Of a DNA stretch of 64,000 nt, positions 28,154-41,725 are shown piece by piece. The first letter of the stretch is position 1. Every line of letters begins with the position of its first letter. The stretch is from Octopus sinensis (taxonomy: Eukaryota), in the NCBI RefSeq assembly GCF_006345805.1, contig NC_043014.1:19158001-19222000 (forward strand). The letters run 5' to 3'. The notes beneath the pieces were generated by a model. The model had not been told where the DNA came from and made no database searches. It was given only the letters and a program-made list of their open reading frames with translations. Made by a program: the position numbers and the translations under genes.

Positions 28154-28277
28154 ATAACGAATTTTTTAGAGATTTCTATCGGTTTGTTTCGAGAGGCATA
28201 AATTTAATGGTTATCGACAATTTTTTGTTTCAGCATATCTGGCATTAGAATTTTTCTTCTGCCATTATCTTGTAAAT

Positions 28278-28280
28278 TAT

Positions 28281-28349
<69 letters not shown>

Positions 28350-28374
28350 ATATATATATAATATATATATATAA

Positions 28375-28439
<65 letters not shown>

Positions 28440-28452
28440 TATATTATATATG

Positions 28453-28499
<47 letters not shown>

Positions 28500-28556
28500 A
28501 TATATATATATTATTATATATATATATATATATATATATGAATATATATATGTATA

Positions 28557-28616
<60 letters not shown>

Positions 28617-28636
28617 CATATATAGATATGTATATA

Positions 28637-28667
<31 letters not shown>

Positions 28668-28694
28668 TTGTATATATATGTATATATATATATG

Positions 28695-28765
<71 letters not shown>
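28278..28765. repeat. ~490 bp (TA)n microsatellite
   Basis: Directly visible. Confidence 0.97.
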
Positions 28766-28768
<3 letters not shown>

Positions 28769-28885
28769 GAGCTGGTAGAATCGTTAGTACGCCAGGTCGT
28801 ATTCTTTGAAGCATTCTATCCGTCTTTACGTTCTGAGATCAAATATCGCCCTTCGGGAGTCGATGAAATAAGTACCAGTTGATAA
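28766..28885 (+). mobile_element. SINE family B, deleted copy
   Basis: GGCGAGCTGGTAGAATCGTTAGTACGCC...GTCGATGAAATAAGTACCAGTT. Confidence 0.75.
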
Positions 28886-29319
28886 GTGATCGATATTATC
28901 AACTCTGAGGGTGGTTTGAGGGTAGTTTCTTTATACTTTGAATAAAATAAGCATGTCTTTTTCTAATGCTTTGTTTTCTGTCTTGATATATTATAAAATA
29001 TCATAGTGGTTACATTTGTATCGAATCGATTTTAACCTTTTAAAATAAGTTTAACTTACATCAAAATCAAGCATTGCAAGCACAATGAATTCAGGAGTTC
29101 TTCAGCAATGGGAGCAGCAAAGAATAGTCAATCTGTTATGCTAGCGATGGGCTGGGCTGGTTTGCTTTGTGGAATATTTCATGTTGCACATCACTCACGA
29201 GTTGGACTTTCAAGTCCAGTCTTTATTAAGCTTCTGAAGACCGTACCAGGGGGAAAAAACCAAAAGCAAACTGAAAGAATTTTTTTTTTTATTTCTGTTT
29301 GTCTTTGGTCAGTCAGTAT

Positions 29320-29620
29320 CATTAACGCCGCCTTAGCGAAGGCGGAGGAATTCTTTTCAGTCGCGTTCGTGTCTTTGTCCGTGGACAAGAACCGGCGGAT
29401 GTATTCGGATGAAACTTTCAGGGATGTTTAGCCTTGTGACTTGCACGGAGTGATTAGACTTTGGGATCGATCTGGAACCAGACAAGGATTCTGGATTATT
29501 TTTCCTGTTTGTTTTTTTTACTTAATTTTTGAGAGCGATCGGATTCATTTTTAGTATTCTCGTTTGTGAGAGCAGTCGAGTTTGTTTCAGATATTCTCAT
29601 TTCAAAAATCCTGTCTTTGC
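29320..29620 (+). mobile_element. Helentron-associated (DINE-1/HINE-like) non-autonomous element, 5' part
   Basis: 5' hairpin CCGCCTT-AGCG-AAGGCGG, degenerate GTCT/GTCC microsatellite, then AAGAACCG..GGAT..ATTCGGATGAAACTTT, the usual HINE layout. Confidence 0.6.
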
Positions 29621-30234
29621 TTTTGTGACATGGACATCAATGTTTTGAAACTGACATTACATTTCAGATAGATTCAGCGTTGAGTTGCTGAAGCAGAAAT
29701 ATTGTTATAGCAAATACTCTTCTCAATACCACAGATTTGTTTGTCAGTTGCTTGACGTTACCCACTTGAGCATGTCCCTTAGTGGTTGAAAATCTGTGCA
29801 TTTTGATCATGAACAGAAGTAATTAGGGAGCATTATAGCCATGTTTTCACAGGGATTCTTCGAGGTTTGAATAAATGTAACAAAAGCAAAGCTTGAATGA
29901 AATATTAATAATTTTTTATGCTTCCTAAGGTTCTGCAAATAGGAAATGACAGTTGCTACCCAACGGTGAAAATCATGTTATACAGTGTAATCAATATTAT
30001 TTAATTCAAACCACACTTTAATTATAAAATACATTCATGTACAAAGAAAACTGTCAAAACTTAGTTTAATCAAAGAGTTCCTCGTTAATGAAGCATATAC
30101 TTGCTACTAAACATTTCCTTGGTAGAATCATAACATGTAACTAAACAGAAGCTTTTTTTTAATCATAGCCAACGAAAATGATAATAAAGAAAAATCCATC
30201 CCCAAACCAGGACTACACCCGCAAACATTTATAC

Positions 30235-30530
30235 TTTGTGTTTGACGGGATATGAAGTGTTAAACTAAGACGAAGCAGATAACGTGGCAAGAGGAAGTGT
30301 TACGCAGAACAATTACAGAAATGGCGCCATCATTGATTACTTGTAAAAGGTTATAACTTTTACATGATAATGCAGGCTTACAATTTCCCATGTCATCCAG
30401 GAAAATAATACGGCACTAAATATGGAAGTTTTGATTGATCTTTCTTACACTTCTGACTTTGCTTCGTCTTACTATCATCTGTTCAGATCATTCCGACGTT
30501 TATTAAAATGGTTTATTAAGTTTGAATAGG
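30235..30530 (+). mobile_element. Highly decayed mariner catalytic-domain remnant
   Basis: LHDNAG followed by MEVLIDLSYTSDFASSYYHLFRS (cf. WEVLPHPPYSPDLAPSDYHLFRS). Confidence 0.65.
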
Positions 30531-31129
30531 TTAAAAAAGATATTCCATGTTCCTTTGCTTCGAAACCTGATGAATTTTACACATTTGTTTCTTTCTCATC
30601 TTGAAATGCGACAGCACCTTCTTTCTAATGTAATATATTTGCAGGCAAAACAGCCGCTGGCTCTCTCCACTCAGAGTTTCAGTCTTATCGAGATTAACAT
30701 TGACCACCATTCTTTCCGGATCGAAAAAGAACATATCATTTGTGTGTTTGTATACTTATCACATTCCGAACGTGTGTGTGTGTGTGTGTCTGTGTGCATA
30801 TGTGTGTGCGTGCGTGTGCAGTGCCATTGTCTTCCTTTGTTTGAAACTCCTAATTTTCCACTTAGACATTTACTAACATAATTAAATGCCCCAATGATTG
30901 TTAGGATAAATGCTAATTTATAATCAGAGAAGAGCAGCTGCAGGTTTCGAAGTAGCTGTTTCGCTGATTTTGGTAGAGAAGTTTACATCAGCAACACAGC
31001 TAACCTCTAAGATAATACATAACTTTTACTTTTCAGGTGTAAAATATCTATATCTGGTCTGATACGCTGGAACTAGGACTAAATGTTGATGGGAATACAG
31101 CAACACTATTTCATATGCATGTAGCGAAT

Positions 31130-31600
31130 GCGGCGAGCTGGCAGAATCGTTAGCATGCCGGGTGAAATGCTTAGCAATATTTCGTCTGCCGTTACGTTCT
31201 GACTTCAAATTCCGCCAAGATCGACTTTGCCTTTAACCCTTTCGGGGTCAATTAAATAAGTACCAGTTACGCACTGGGTTCGATATAATCGACTTTACCC
31301 ATTTGTCTGTCCTTGTTTGTCTTCTCTGTGTTTAGCCCCTTGTGGGCAGTAAAAAAATAGGTATTTCGTCTACCGTTACGTTCTGAGATCAAATTCCGCC
31401 GAGGTCGACTTTGCCTTTCATCCTTTCGGGGTCGATAAATTAAGTACAAGTTACGCACTGGGGTCGATCTAATCGACTTAATCCGTTTGTCTGTTCTTGT
31501 TTGCCCCCTCTATGTTTAGCCCCTTGTGGGCAATAAAAAAATAAGAATCGTTAGCACGTTGGACAAAATGCTTATCTTTATTTCGTCTGTCTTTACATTC
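31130..31600 (+). mobile_element. SINE family B, dimeric form plus a third head fragment
   Basis: A box TGGCAGAATCG, B box GA(C/G)TTCAAATTCC; ~185 bp unit restarts at GGTATTTCGTC (31360). Confidence 0.92.
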
Positions 31601-32768
31601 GTGGTTTGTCTTATGTGTATACAACCAACGCTCGATTTCTGTCCAGCAAATTTTGCTCCTTAGATAGTTGATATAATAGTTGGCACTTAAACGAAGTGTG
31701 CATCGTAGGCTCGAACCCTCTGGTTGTGAAGCAAACGTCTTCCTCTCAAAATTATAGATTTATAAGAGATTAAATTTGATTTCTTTTGAGTCATAAACAT
31801 CACAATTTCCTTTTAATATTTTCCAGCATTTACAAAGTCTCTCTCTCTCTCATTCACACTCTCTCTCCCTCTATCCCTCCATCCCTCCTTGTCTCTCTCT
31901 CTCCGTATCACTATGTGTTTTATGTGTTACTGTTTCCATCATATTGTTTCTTTTTTAGTTAGCTTGGGCTACGAATCTGAAAGAAATTGGTTGTTTTATG
32001 CTGCCAACACATTTACTGCTAAAGCAGTGAAGATATGTTTTATGACACCAACGGCGAAGACGGAGAGTCTCTCTTTATTTACTTACATACTAGAGAATGC
32101 AAACGTGTCTGTGATGGATTAGGGTATCTCTTAATAAACTGCAGAGGGAAGTTCTACAAATTCCCCCTTGTGTGCCCCGTACCATCTTTTAAATCTATAC
32201 TTATTATTTTTTAATTATATTTAGAGACGACTATAAAAGCCTGTAAAATGGTCAAAAACAAACAGGGAAGAGAAACAGGAGATTCACTTCTCTGGTAGTT
32301 TCTCACCTGATTGGTAGTTTCTCCAATCAACATACTTTGGGAGAAATGGAAAAAAAAAGTTACTTGCAAAGAACTAGCATAGATTACACATTTGATGCAA
32401 AAGAGAATAAATAAATAAATAAATAAAAAAATAAATAAATAAATAAATAAACTTTTCGGAACACCTTCCCTTAACAAATGGTATGTCTCAGCGGACGTCA
32501 AATAAACAAATAAAACGTAAAATTGTATCAAAATTTAAAACAGAAAAATTAGCGTACCGAGGTGCATACTGCCGAACATAGTACATCGATCTATAAGGAT
32601 GAGAAAAATAGTCATATTTCGGTCTTATTAGACTTCCTCGGTAAATGTTACTGACACAGATTTGACAATGGCTTTGTAGAGCTAACTATTTTATGTATGT
32701 GAAAGAAAGAATAATTTCGATACGTCTTTTCATATACTGGTTTTAAATCAGATCGCTAGACATACTGG

Positions 32769-32822
<54 letters not shown>

Positions 32823-32939
32823 GTGAAAGGCAATGGGAAAATGAGACCTAGGATGACCAAAAAATATAGAAATCAATGAAGTATTCATATATATGTGTGT
32901 GTGCCTAGACATACATTTCATACATACATACATACATAC

Positions 32940-32973
<34 letters not shown>

Positions 32974-33196
32974 ACACATGTACTATATATATAGTGTTAT
33001 ATATGTATATACTCAAAATAAGCAACAAGAATAACTTCGGTAATTTGGTACGATCGTTTCACGCTACATCATTTTATTAAATGTTGTAAGTATTACAACA
33101 GTTTTAAAATGTTGTGCAATCATCAGCCATTAATAGAGGTTTTCCATTAATAATAATTTTCATATCTTATATATATATATATATTTATATATATAT

Positions 33197-33475
33197 GGCA
33201 CTCGGTTGTGATGACGAGGGTTCCAGTTAATCTGATCAACGGAACAGCCGGCTCGTAAAATTAACGTACAAGTGGCTGGCCCTTTGAAATATAGGTACAA
33301 CAGAAACAGGAAGAAAGAGTGTGAGAAAGTTGTGGAGTAAGACTACCGCAGGGTTCGCTACCACCCGCTGCCAGAGCGACGTGGAGCTTCAGGTGTTTTC
33401 GCTCAATAAATAATCACAACACCCAGTCTGGGACTCCGCGATTCTACCACCGCGAGTCCGCTGCCCTAACCATTG
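33197..33475 (-). mobile_element. SINE family C (tail type 3)
   Basis: Family C body; 3' segment GGCACTC...ACGAGGGTTCCAGTT..TC.GATCAACGGAACAGCC also present (opposite strand) at 38430-38487. Confidence 0.82.
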
Positions 33476-34284
33476 CACCCACCACACACACAACTCCCCA
33501 CACACACACACAACTCCCCCCACACACACACACAACCACATACACACATCAAAGTGGCTGTCGAATGTTATTATTAGTTTAACTCATGCGGGCATGCATT
33601 TGAGCATACATATATTTGTATATTTGTATGCGTGTCTATATGTGTCTGTATTTGTATGTATGTTTTTATTTATGTAGACATGCATGTCATTTTATGCGTG
33701 CGTTTATATATGTGTGTTTTTCGCCTTTAACAAATAAGTTGTATAAGCATATGGCAGGTGGTTTTATACGCGTGTGGCTGTGTGCGTACATAACTATACA
33801 TGCATTTGTATATATTTATAGGCATTTGCCTATATATACCTGTATATGTATGTAGCCATGTACCTACACCTGTATAGTGTATATACGTATATTATAGATT
33901 GTTTGGTACGTGTATGTATTGCTAAATATATATATGTATTTTATCGTCAAAGTCTTTTATTATTATTTTAACAACTAATTATTTACCCTGGGTATTCAGG
34001 CCTTTTTCCTTCTACGTAAGCTATTTTTGACTTTAGATTTTCTTCGATTTTTATGATATGATTTTAAGCCGCAATTGTTATTTCATGCAACCGGTTATTG
34101 TAAAAAAACGTTAGTTGAAAGGATCCCTGAAACAAAACCGTTTTTAAATGTGCATCTGTCAAATTAATTGCATTTCTGTGTATAACTTTATTTTGCTCCA
34201 TTCTAAACAAGATTGTGTCCGCGAACGGGAACGTCAAACTCTGAGTAATAGCTCTTGTGATATTTTTGTTGCTTTTTAATAAAG

Positions 34285-34346
<62 letters not shown>

Positions 34347-34355
34347 GTGTGTGTG

Positions 34356-34387
<32 letters not shown>

Positions 34388-35079
34388 GAATTTTTTCATA
34401 TATTATTCGCCAAAGTACCTTTAATAAATTCAATTGTCGAGAGGTCCTACAGGTGCTTGCACTGGAGAAAACACACCTTTCATTCATATGAATAATGACT
34501 AATATAGATAACCCCCTTGAATTTTAATTAATATATTTCCATTTATATATTTCACCCCTTTAGTTTTTATAAAAAAATTCTTTATGCTTTCAAAGACATA
34601 CTACCCAATACATTGAGGTTTGTTTTGCCTTTGTCCCATTTCCTCGCCCTCCTCTTTCTTTAGTTTCTCTCTCTTTCCCTCTATCTATTGTAATCAAGCA
34701 CACAGACACATATCTGCTACAACACCACTATCTGTTTTTTTGACATCTACCCATCCACATACACATTCACGCACACACATACACACACATAGGTATTAAT
34801 ACAGTTATATTCATTCACTCATACAGACACTCATTCACAAGAGAATTTAATAAAACCCACCATACATACGACCTGTTCCAAATCACCTTACTTTTCTTAG
34901 GCCTTTCTCCCCCTACTTCGTTTGAACTCTTGAACCTTTAGAACCTTCTAGAATTTTCTACATTCAACCAGCTTGGCGTCACTCCTTATAAAGGAATATT
35001 AAAGAGACACTCTTTATCGCTATGCGCTCCGTGAGAGTAGTCATCTAAAAGTTTTTGTGAATCTTGATGTTGACATAAA

Positions 35080-35178
35080 TTCCTTGTTTTTCCTGACGAG
35101 AAAGCGGCATAATGTACTCCTTATTCCTTCACAATTAGGAATATGCAGCCTTCGAAACATATGTCGAAAATAAAGGAA
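35080..35178 (+). ncRNA. Type-I hammerhead ribozyme with canonical core and GUC cleavage site
   Basis: Stem I TTTTC/GAAAA extended by TTCCTT/AAGGAA; CTGACGA 35093-35099; stem II GAAAGCGGCATA/TATGCAGCCTTC (10 of 12 pairs); GAAA 35154-35157; palindromic stem III ACATATGT; C17 at 35165. Confidence 0.85.
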
Positions 35179-35361
35179 ATTTGTTAATTTGTCGTTCAAC
35201 TCCATTCTTTCATTTATTCATAAATTTTATAAAAATATATATGCATATATATATATATAAATATATATGCACATACATACATGTACATATATATGCAAAT
35301 ATATATGTGTGTGTGTGTATATATATTATATGTACATGCATATATATCTGTATGTATATAT

Positions 35362-35460
<99 letters not shown>

Positions 35461-35497
35461 CAGATAGATAGATATGCTCCCACACACATATCTGTAA

Positions 35498-35536
<39 letters not shown>

Positions 35537-36287
35537 CCTAGTGGGATATTTTGTGTTCTGGCAACTACATCAAGGCGTAACACTGTTAGCGAAGGTATCT
35601 TCCAACATACCTGCAGTTCAAGGAGACAAAATAAAAGATGATAATATGCGCACGCGAACACACATATTCACAGAAAAATATATATTATACGGTGGCAGAG
35701 GTGGGAGGAAAGGAGAAAACGAGAGAGACTGAAAAACAAAGTTATGCAAAAGGAACATGCAATAACGTTGCATAAGGGAGATAACTCTTGTAGTTACGTG
35801 ACTAATAATTACTTTAAAATGTTAAGGTATTCATTAAAATACACGTAGCTCGAGTTAATTAAAAAACTAGAAATAAGCGTCATCTTCTTAGAAGATCGAT
35901 GCTACTATCGAAATAACAATATAGTTTTCAAATGCCTTCATTGAAAATATCTTCAGTGTGTATTTATCTAAACAACGTGATGGAGAACAGATACGTTCTG
36001 TATCAGGCTCATTGCTTCCCTTTAATAATAACGACAGCTTTAGTTTCTCCCTCCAAGTTACCGAAAGGAAAACTGAATAAAGCTTGCTTCCCAACGACAG
36101 CGCTCCGCGTTCTGTTCCACAACGTCGTACCTTAAGCAAGGGATGACCAAAGCCCTGTGAGTGGAGTTGGTAGTATATATATATGTCTTGGCTACCGAAT
36201 AATTGTCACATATTATTTTACTGATAAATTTCCTCTAATTACATAATATTGAGGTCTCTTTCTTTTGTTATCTTACCGTTTTTACCA

Positions 36288-36396
<109 letters not shown>

Positions 36397-37115
36397 CAGG
36401 GTGCGCAGGGTATATAGAGACATACCTTTATAGGGTCATTGCTGCATTTTTTGCTAACTCTGTATAATCTTTGTTTCAGAAAATAATAGCTAACTCAAGA
36501 AATGAAGAGCCATGCTGTTATTGTTTATAGAGGCTGAGCTTAGCGATTTAGAAACATCACGATTTTTAAAGGTTGCCAGATATTTCGTCTACAAATTTTG
36601 TAAGGAACTAGAAGCTGAACATGGAAGCGTATCACCAGTATCAAACATAAAAAGCATTCTAAACGCTAAACGCCTTGAAATCATCAGAACATCTGAATTT
36701 ATACAGCAAGTTCAACATACCATTTGATTACAATCCCAGAAAGCCCATCAGGTCAATTGCAAAAGATCTCCGTGTGTCAGAAGGAACAGTCAGAAATGTT
36801 GTCCACGAAGACATCAGATATAAGTTTTATATGATGAGGAAAGATCAATTTGTCAGGAAAAGGAAAAGAAAATCTCTACATCAGATCTAAAAAATCCAAA
36901 AGAGGATTTGATTTGTTTTCTCTCAAACGAGAAAAACTTCGACCAAGATCAAAAGTTAACAGAAGAAATGACATATTTTTATGTGCAGACCCTTCTGAAC
37001 TTCCAAGTATTATGCATAAAAAAATTTTCCTGCAACTGTCATGGTTTTAGCGGTCTTCAGCAGTGAAGGACGTATAATCTCTCCTTATTTCTTTCCACAA
37101 GGACTTAGAGTGAAC
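36397..37115 (+). mobile_element. Tc1/mariner-superfamily (maT/DD37D-like) element, 5' half
   Basis: Begins TA|CAGGGTG at end of (TA)n; NPRKPIRSIAKDLRVSEGTVRNVVHEDIRYK (HTH); NRRNDIFL...FPATVMVLAVFSSEG..SPYFFPQGLRVN. Confidence 0.82.
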
Positions 37116-37384
37116 TGATTTCGATGTCACATTAGTTGCAATCATGCGAAGTAACATGGAAAAGAAAAACAAATCTGCGAAACAAATATCGGTTGGTGGC
37201 AAACTCCGAGGTCCTCTCCCTCTTTTTACGGGAATCAGGAAGTGGCTTACAGCCGGTTTGAAGGTCAGATACGTTGGATGCTCACGAAAAAAATCGTGGC
37301 AAAGAAATTATTTCATACCGAGGTTCGAACGGGTCCTTTACGAAATATTTACATCGAGCATATACATACATACACACACATACA

Positions 37385-37608
37385 TATATGTGTGTTTGTG
37401 TGTTTTGTATGTGTGTGAATGTGTTTGTGCCCCAAGGCGTTTGACCACCGGTGTTGATGTGTTTACATCCCTGTAACTTATCAGTTCGACTGCCTTTAAA
37501 AAAGAAAAGTCCTTGGGTCGATTCATTCGACTAAAAGAAAAAATTTTCCACGTGGTGCCTCAGTATGTCTAATGACTGAAACAAATAAAAGATAAAAGAT
37601 AAAAGATT
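37385..37608 (+). mobile_element. SINE family A 3' half with (AAAGAT)n tail
   Basis: GTGTTTACATCCC.GTAACTTA...GGGTCGATT..TTCGACTAAA...AATGACTGAAACAA.TAAAAGATAAAAGAT. Confidence 0.78.
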
Positions 37609-37884
37609 TACTTAACTCACACATAGCTAAAGCATATAATCGCACACACGTACGCACACACACACACAAACTAGCATGCATACAGACAACATTTTCATGT
37701 CAGAATTTATATCCAAGGGAGACTACTCTTATATATATTTATGAGTTATCTTATCGTACGTTAAAACTAAACGTTATCATTTGACGATTACTCATTACCA
37801 GATTAAAATTGCCTGTCATTGTACTTATCGACCTCGCGTTCTGAGTTCAAACATGTAGTTAAAATTAATTCATATACCTAGTAA

Positions 37885-38095
37885 AGGATGTTAGGCATAA
37901 GAGACGGTGCTTTGTTTCGATTCTCGGACCAGTCGCTGTGTTGTGTGAGTGTTCTTGAGCAAAACATTTCTTTCCACTCTGCACCAGATCACTCAGCATT
38001 GGGCAACCGTGCGACAGACAAGCATTCGGTTCAGGGAAATGCTGTCATCTTGGTCACTTATACGCCATGGAAACTGGGTAATCGGCCTCATGAAT
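37885..38095 (+). mobile_element. Degenerate CORE-type SINE with tail type 1
   Basis: GTTTCGATTCTCGGACC, GTGTTCTTGAGCAAAACA, tail CGCCATGGAAACTGGGTAATCGGCCTCATGA. Confidence 0.6.
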
Positions 38096-38212
38096 TCTAG
38101 GAGTCGATATCCAGGAGTTGATAATAATGATGATGCTCTATGAACCTAATTTCTCTCTGTGAGTTCATTCGCTATTTGACAGGCTTTGTTTTTCCTCCAG
38201 CTGTATGCCTTT

Positions 38213-38487
38213 ATGGTTATAAGCATTCAGTTCACGCTCGTACGGTCGTGCGTTCGATTCCCGGTGGCGTTTTGTGTCCTTTAGTGTTATACTTTATTTC
38301 ATGTTGCCCCAGTCTACTCAGCGGGCAGAAATGAGTAGTACCTATGTTTCAAAGGGCCAGCATTTTCATATTGTGTCACGCTAAATCTCACAGTAAACTA
38401 CATCAAGGGTATATGTGTTGTGGAGTACCCAGGCTGTTCCGTCGGTCGGACCAACTGGAACACTTGTCGCAACCGGCGGAGTGTCAA
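38213..38487 (+). mobile_element. Degenerate CORE-type SINE with tail type 3
   Basis: GTTCGATTCCCGG B box; ACTTTATTTCATGTTGCCCCAGTCTACTCAGC; tail CAGGCTGTTCCGTCGGTCGGACCAACTGGAAC...GGAGTGTC. Confidence 0.65.
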
Positions 38488-39623
38488 TTCTGTCCTAAAA
38501 TACACCTTTTCCTTCATCTAAGCTTGTTGGGGTTGACACTATCGCCGCCGGGCTCACCTATGCGCAGGTTATAGTAACTCCTATAGATACAAGTATCATT
38601 TAACAATCTGATACGGTTCCTGGGCTGAGAAATATGTTATAAGAATCATACTAATAGCAGATCCACCTTTCAGACATACAGAGGGTATCAGTTCAGCAGT
38701 GCTGTCGTTGGAATTGTATACATACAAGCGGACTTCTTTGCTTTTCCATATGTGACCATTCACTTATCGTAAAACCAGTGTTTTTTAATCTAGTGCGACT
38801 TGAAATAGCTTTCGCCGGATTATCTCTGGACTCTTTACCGGCCAAACGGCCAGAAGTTGTTTTGTCATTAATTTTCTCTACTCGAAGCACAGTTCGATTT
38901 TACTCCAACTGCGTGCGGTATTTCTTTGCACTGAGAGATGCTTTCAATAAATATTGCTCATGTTTCTATATTTACGTTTTTTTTTTTTGTGATATCCAAA
39001 AATTTCTAGTTTGTTTTGAGCGTTACGTCTCGTAAGAAATATTTCACCATAAAGTAGTTGAAATCATCAACACAGATTTCGTGATCAACACATTACTGTG
39101 ATATAGTGAGATTCCACGAGTAAAGCAAACTTATTCACTTCTGTACCTCGTCTCCTCTTATTATAGAGCACGATGTCATAATATCAGGATTTACATAGGC
39201 AACAACATGTCTCTGTAACACCAATATGGGACATATTTCAAAAGTTTAGCTAAGTTTAGATCTTTAAACAGTTTATCTTGCTTACAGAGCATGTGCAGTT
39301 ATTTCCCCTTGCCTTCTGTTTTGCTTTCTGTGCCCATTAGAATGTCATTAAGATCTACAACAAAGTACGTCTTGTTTTCTTTTCTTATTTTTTTCCTTAT
39401 CCCCCCCAGCCCCACTTTTTTTTAAGGCAGTGAAGCTGGCACAATTGTTAGTACGCCGGGCAAAATGCTGTGCGGTGTTTGCTCCACTTTTAGATTCTGC
39501 GTCAAATTCCACCGAGACCAACATGCGGAGTCAATAAATTAAACCAGTTCAGGTCTGGGATCAATATAATCCACTACTCCAACCCCGTAAAATATTTCAC
39601 GCATTGTACCTTCAGTATAAAAG

Positions 39624-39695
<72 letters not shown>

Positions 39696-40044
39696 TGTTG
39701 TTGTAATAGTAGTAGTAGTTGTAATAGTAGTAGAAGTTGTAGTAGCAGTTAGAGTGTTCCTCTCACGATCGCTAGATCGTGATTTCCATTCCTAGACCGG
39801 GTGGTATCTTGTGTTGTCGAGCAAATCACTTCATCTCACGTTGCTCTGCGATAACTACAAATCATGACGTGTGGTACACGTCTATTGAATGGAGAGAGTA
39901 AGCTAATGAGCTCATACGTCCTCTTCAACGGGATGGTCCATCAGTAGTATCAATACAGTGAGCAGGTAAAAACATTAGCAAACCAGACCAAATGCTTAGC
40001 GGCATTCCACCTATATTTATTCTCTGAGTTCAAATTCTTCATTT

Positions 40045-40835
40045 GTCTTGCACATTGTGTACAGGACATCACCAACGAATGAAAATACACACGTGAGAAA
40101 AGTACAGGACAAAATACAAAAAGAAGATAGCTCCTCATCAGTTATCGTTCTTTTAACGACAATATAGAGGAACTTCATAAGTCAGCAGCATCCAAAAATT
40201 TTAAAACGATAAAATTCATGCTGACTTAGAGCTTCGAGCGAACAAATAACAACAGAGTGGATGTACAGAATAAACAATCTACGAAGATTGGCCGTTAAGC
40301 CAAGACAAATCGTAATGTGTAACGTCTGAGAGAAATTTTTTCAAGGAAATAGAATAATTAGAAGAGAAGAAAATAGTAAGAGAAAAATGTCGGGCGGCCT
40401 AGGGTGTTTACGTATTTTTCACTCATTGGTAATGTCCCGTACACAATGTGTATTTTTTATTTTATTTATTTATTATCGAACGCCAGTAAATTCGTACATC
40501 TATATACAATTTCTGTCACTACACACCGTTTTCTTTCTTTCTCTCAATCCCACAATAACTTGCTTTGCTTCTCCTGCCTGTCTTTCTTCCACTCCCTACT
40601 ATCTGTCGTTCCTTGTCATTTCTCACTCCTTTTGTTTCTTTCCCTCATCCTCTCACTTGTACCCCTTTCCCTCTGCCTCTGTTACTCACACATGACTACA
40701 GGCCATTTCTCTTGTCTGGACTAGACGTAATGCGTATGTTTTGGGTATTTTGTCCTCTCGTGTGTTTACGCATTTTCACTCGCTGGTAATGTCCTGTACA
40801 CAATGTGTATATTTTATTTATTTATAATCGAACGG
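40045..40835. repeat. Cluster of one inverted and two direct ~70 bp repeats (40045-40100 reverse; 40404-40481 and 40762-40834 direct), PLE-terminus-like
   Basis: TTTTCACTC..TGGTAATGTCC.GTACACAATGTG occurs twice on + and once on -; half hammerhead core CTGATGAGG on - near 40133-40141. Confidence 0.65.
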
Positions 40836-40852
40836 CACGTAGCCTTAACCAC

Positions 40853-41005
40853 AGTATACCCACCAGCCTTCTTCAGGTGTCTTGGCGAAATTTCGAACCT
40901 AAGGTAAATTTCGATGTTGTTGTAATTATTATTATTATTTTGCCTAGAATGGAACTCAGAACCTTGGAGTTAGTAGCCCGCGCTCTCAACCACTACGCTA
41001 TATGC
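40853..41005 (-). mobile_element. tRNA-like head + (AAT)n + 5' half of hammerhead, forming the 3' terminal repeat of the adjacent PLE
   Basis: Reverse complement GCATATAGCGTAGTGGTTGAGAGCGCGGGCTACTAACTCC...CCAAGACAC-CTGAAGA-AGGCTGGTGGGTATA; homologous to 41655-41978. Confidence 0.85.
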
Positions 41006-41560
41006 AATAATGGAATGAATTTTAAGGCTTTTAAATCTAATATTTTCCTATCCTTCCTTAATACCGGTTCCCGTATGCTATTCATATCTGCACACGGTTT
41101 TCGTATTTTCTAGTGGTGTTCACTGTCTATTATTTTAACTTCGTCCTACAGGGGGAGGATGTCTCCATTTTTCCATACGCGATCAGCTATACCCAATTTC
41201 TCAATATCTCCCGTGTCACAGCTTTGCAATATTCCTCCATTTTGAGGGGGCATGTTTCGCTTTTGTATAACCTACCACAACTGCATAGGCTGTAGTACAC
41301 ACAGTTCTTGGTAATATTCTCTTCTATTATTGGTTTTACTCGAAGGAGATATTTGCGAAGTGTTGTATTACTCTTGAATACTGTCCTGATATCATATGGG
41401 CCGCATATCTTTTGTATCTTTTCGGAGAGGACTTTCACATAGGGTAGACAAACTATGGACAATCTGTTGGTTTCATCCCTTCTTTTCTTCATAATTGGAG
41501 TGGATAGTATGTTTTGGGGTTAGTTGCTGCTTAATACATTGTTACTGAGCTTGATCATTT
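40993..41560 (-). mobile_element. Penelope-like element: thumb/linker and GIY-YIG endonuclease remnant
   Basis: ORF 41187-41492 CLPYVKVLSEKIQKICGPYDIRTVFKSNTTLRKYL...KNCVYYSLCSCGRLYKSET..L..EEY.K (cf. VYxIPCxCGxxYIGET.R.L..R..EH); C-terminus PCADMNSIREPVLRK. Confidence 0.9.
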
Positions 41561-41654
41561 CTTCGTGGTGTGTATGTAACACGATTGCTACTTATATTAT
41601 TTGCTCGATGTTTTAGGTACCGAGCAATCCCTCTCTTTACGCTGTATGGATGGT

Positions 41655-41725
41655 GGGAATATGGCGTAGTGGTTAAGAGCGCGGGCTACTAACCCTAAGA
41701 TTCCGAGTTCGGTTCCAGGCAGTGA

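Larger units (their letters stand above)
27479..28280 (+). mobile_element. Non-coding PLE-like terminal-repeat array (inverted partial + two direct copies) in (TA)n
   Basis: 27479-27590 is the reverse complement of 27797-27907; 27590-27810 repeats at 28055-28280 (offset 465); each direct copy carries a hammerhead motif. Confidence 0.85.

Noticed and set aside
38690-39060. piggyBac C-terminal remnant or host exon
   Set aside because: Only vague resemblance; no intact cysteine-rich domain or convincing splice sites.
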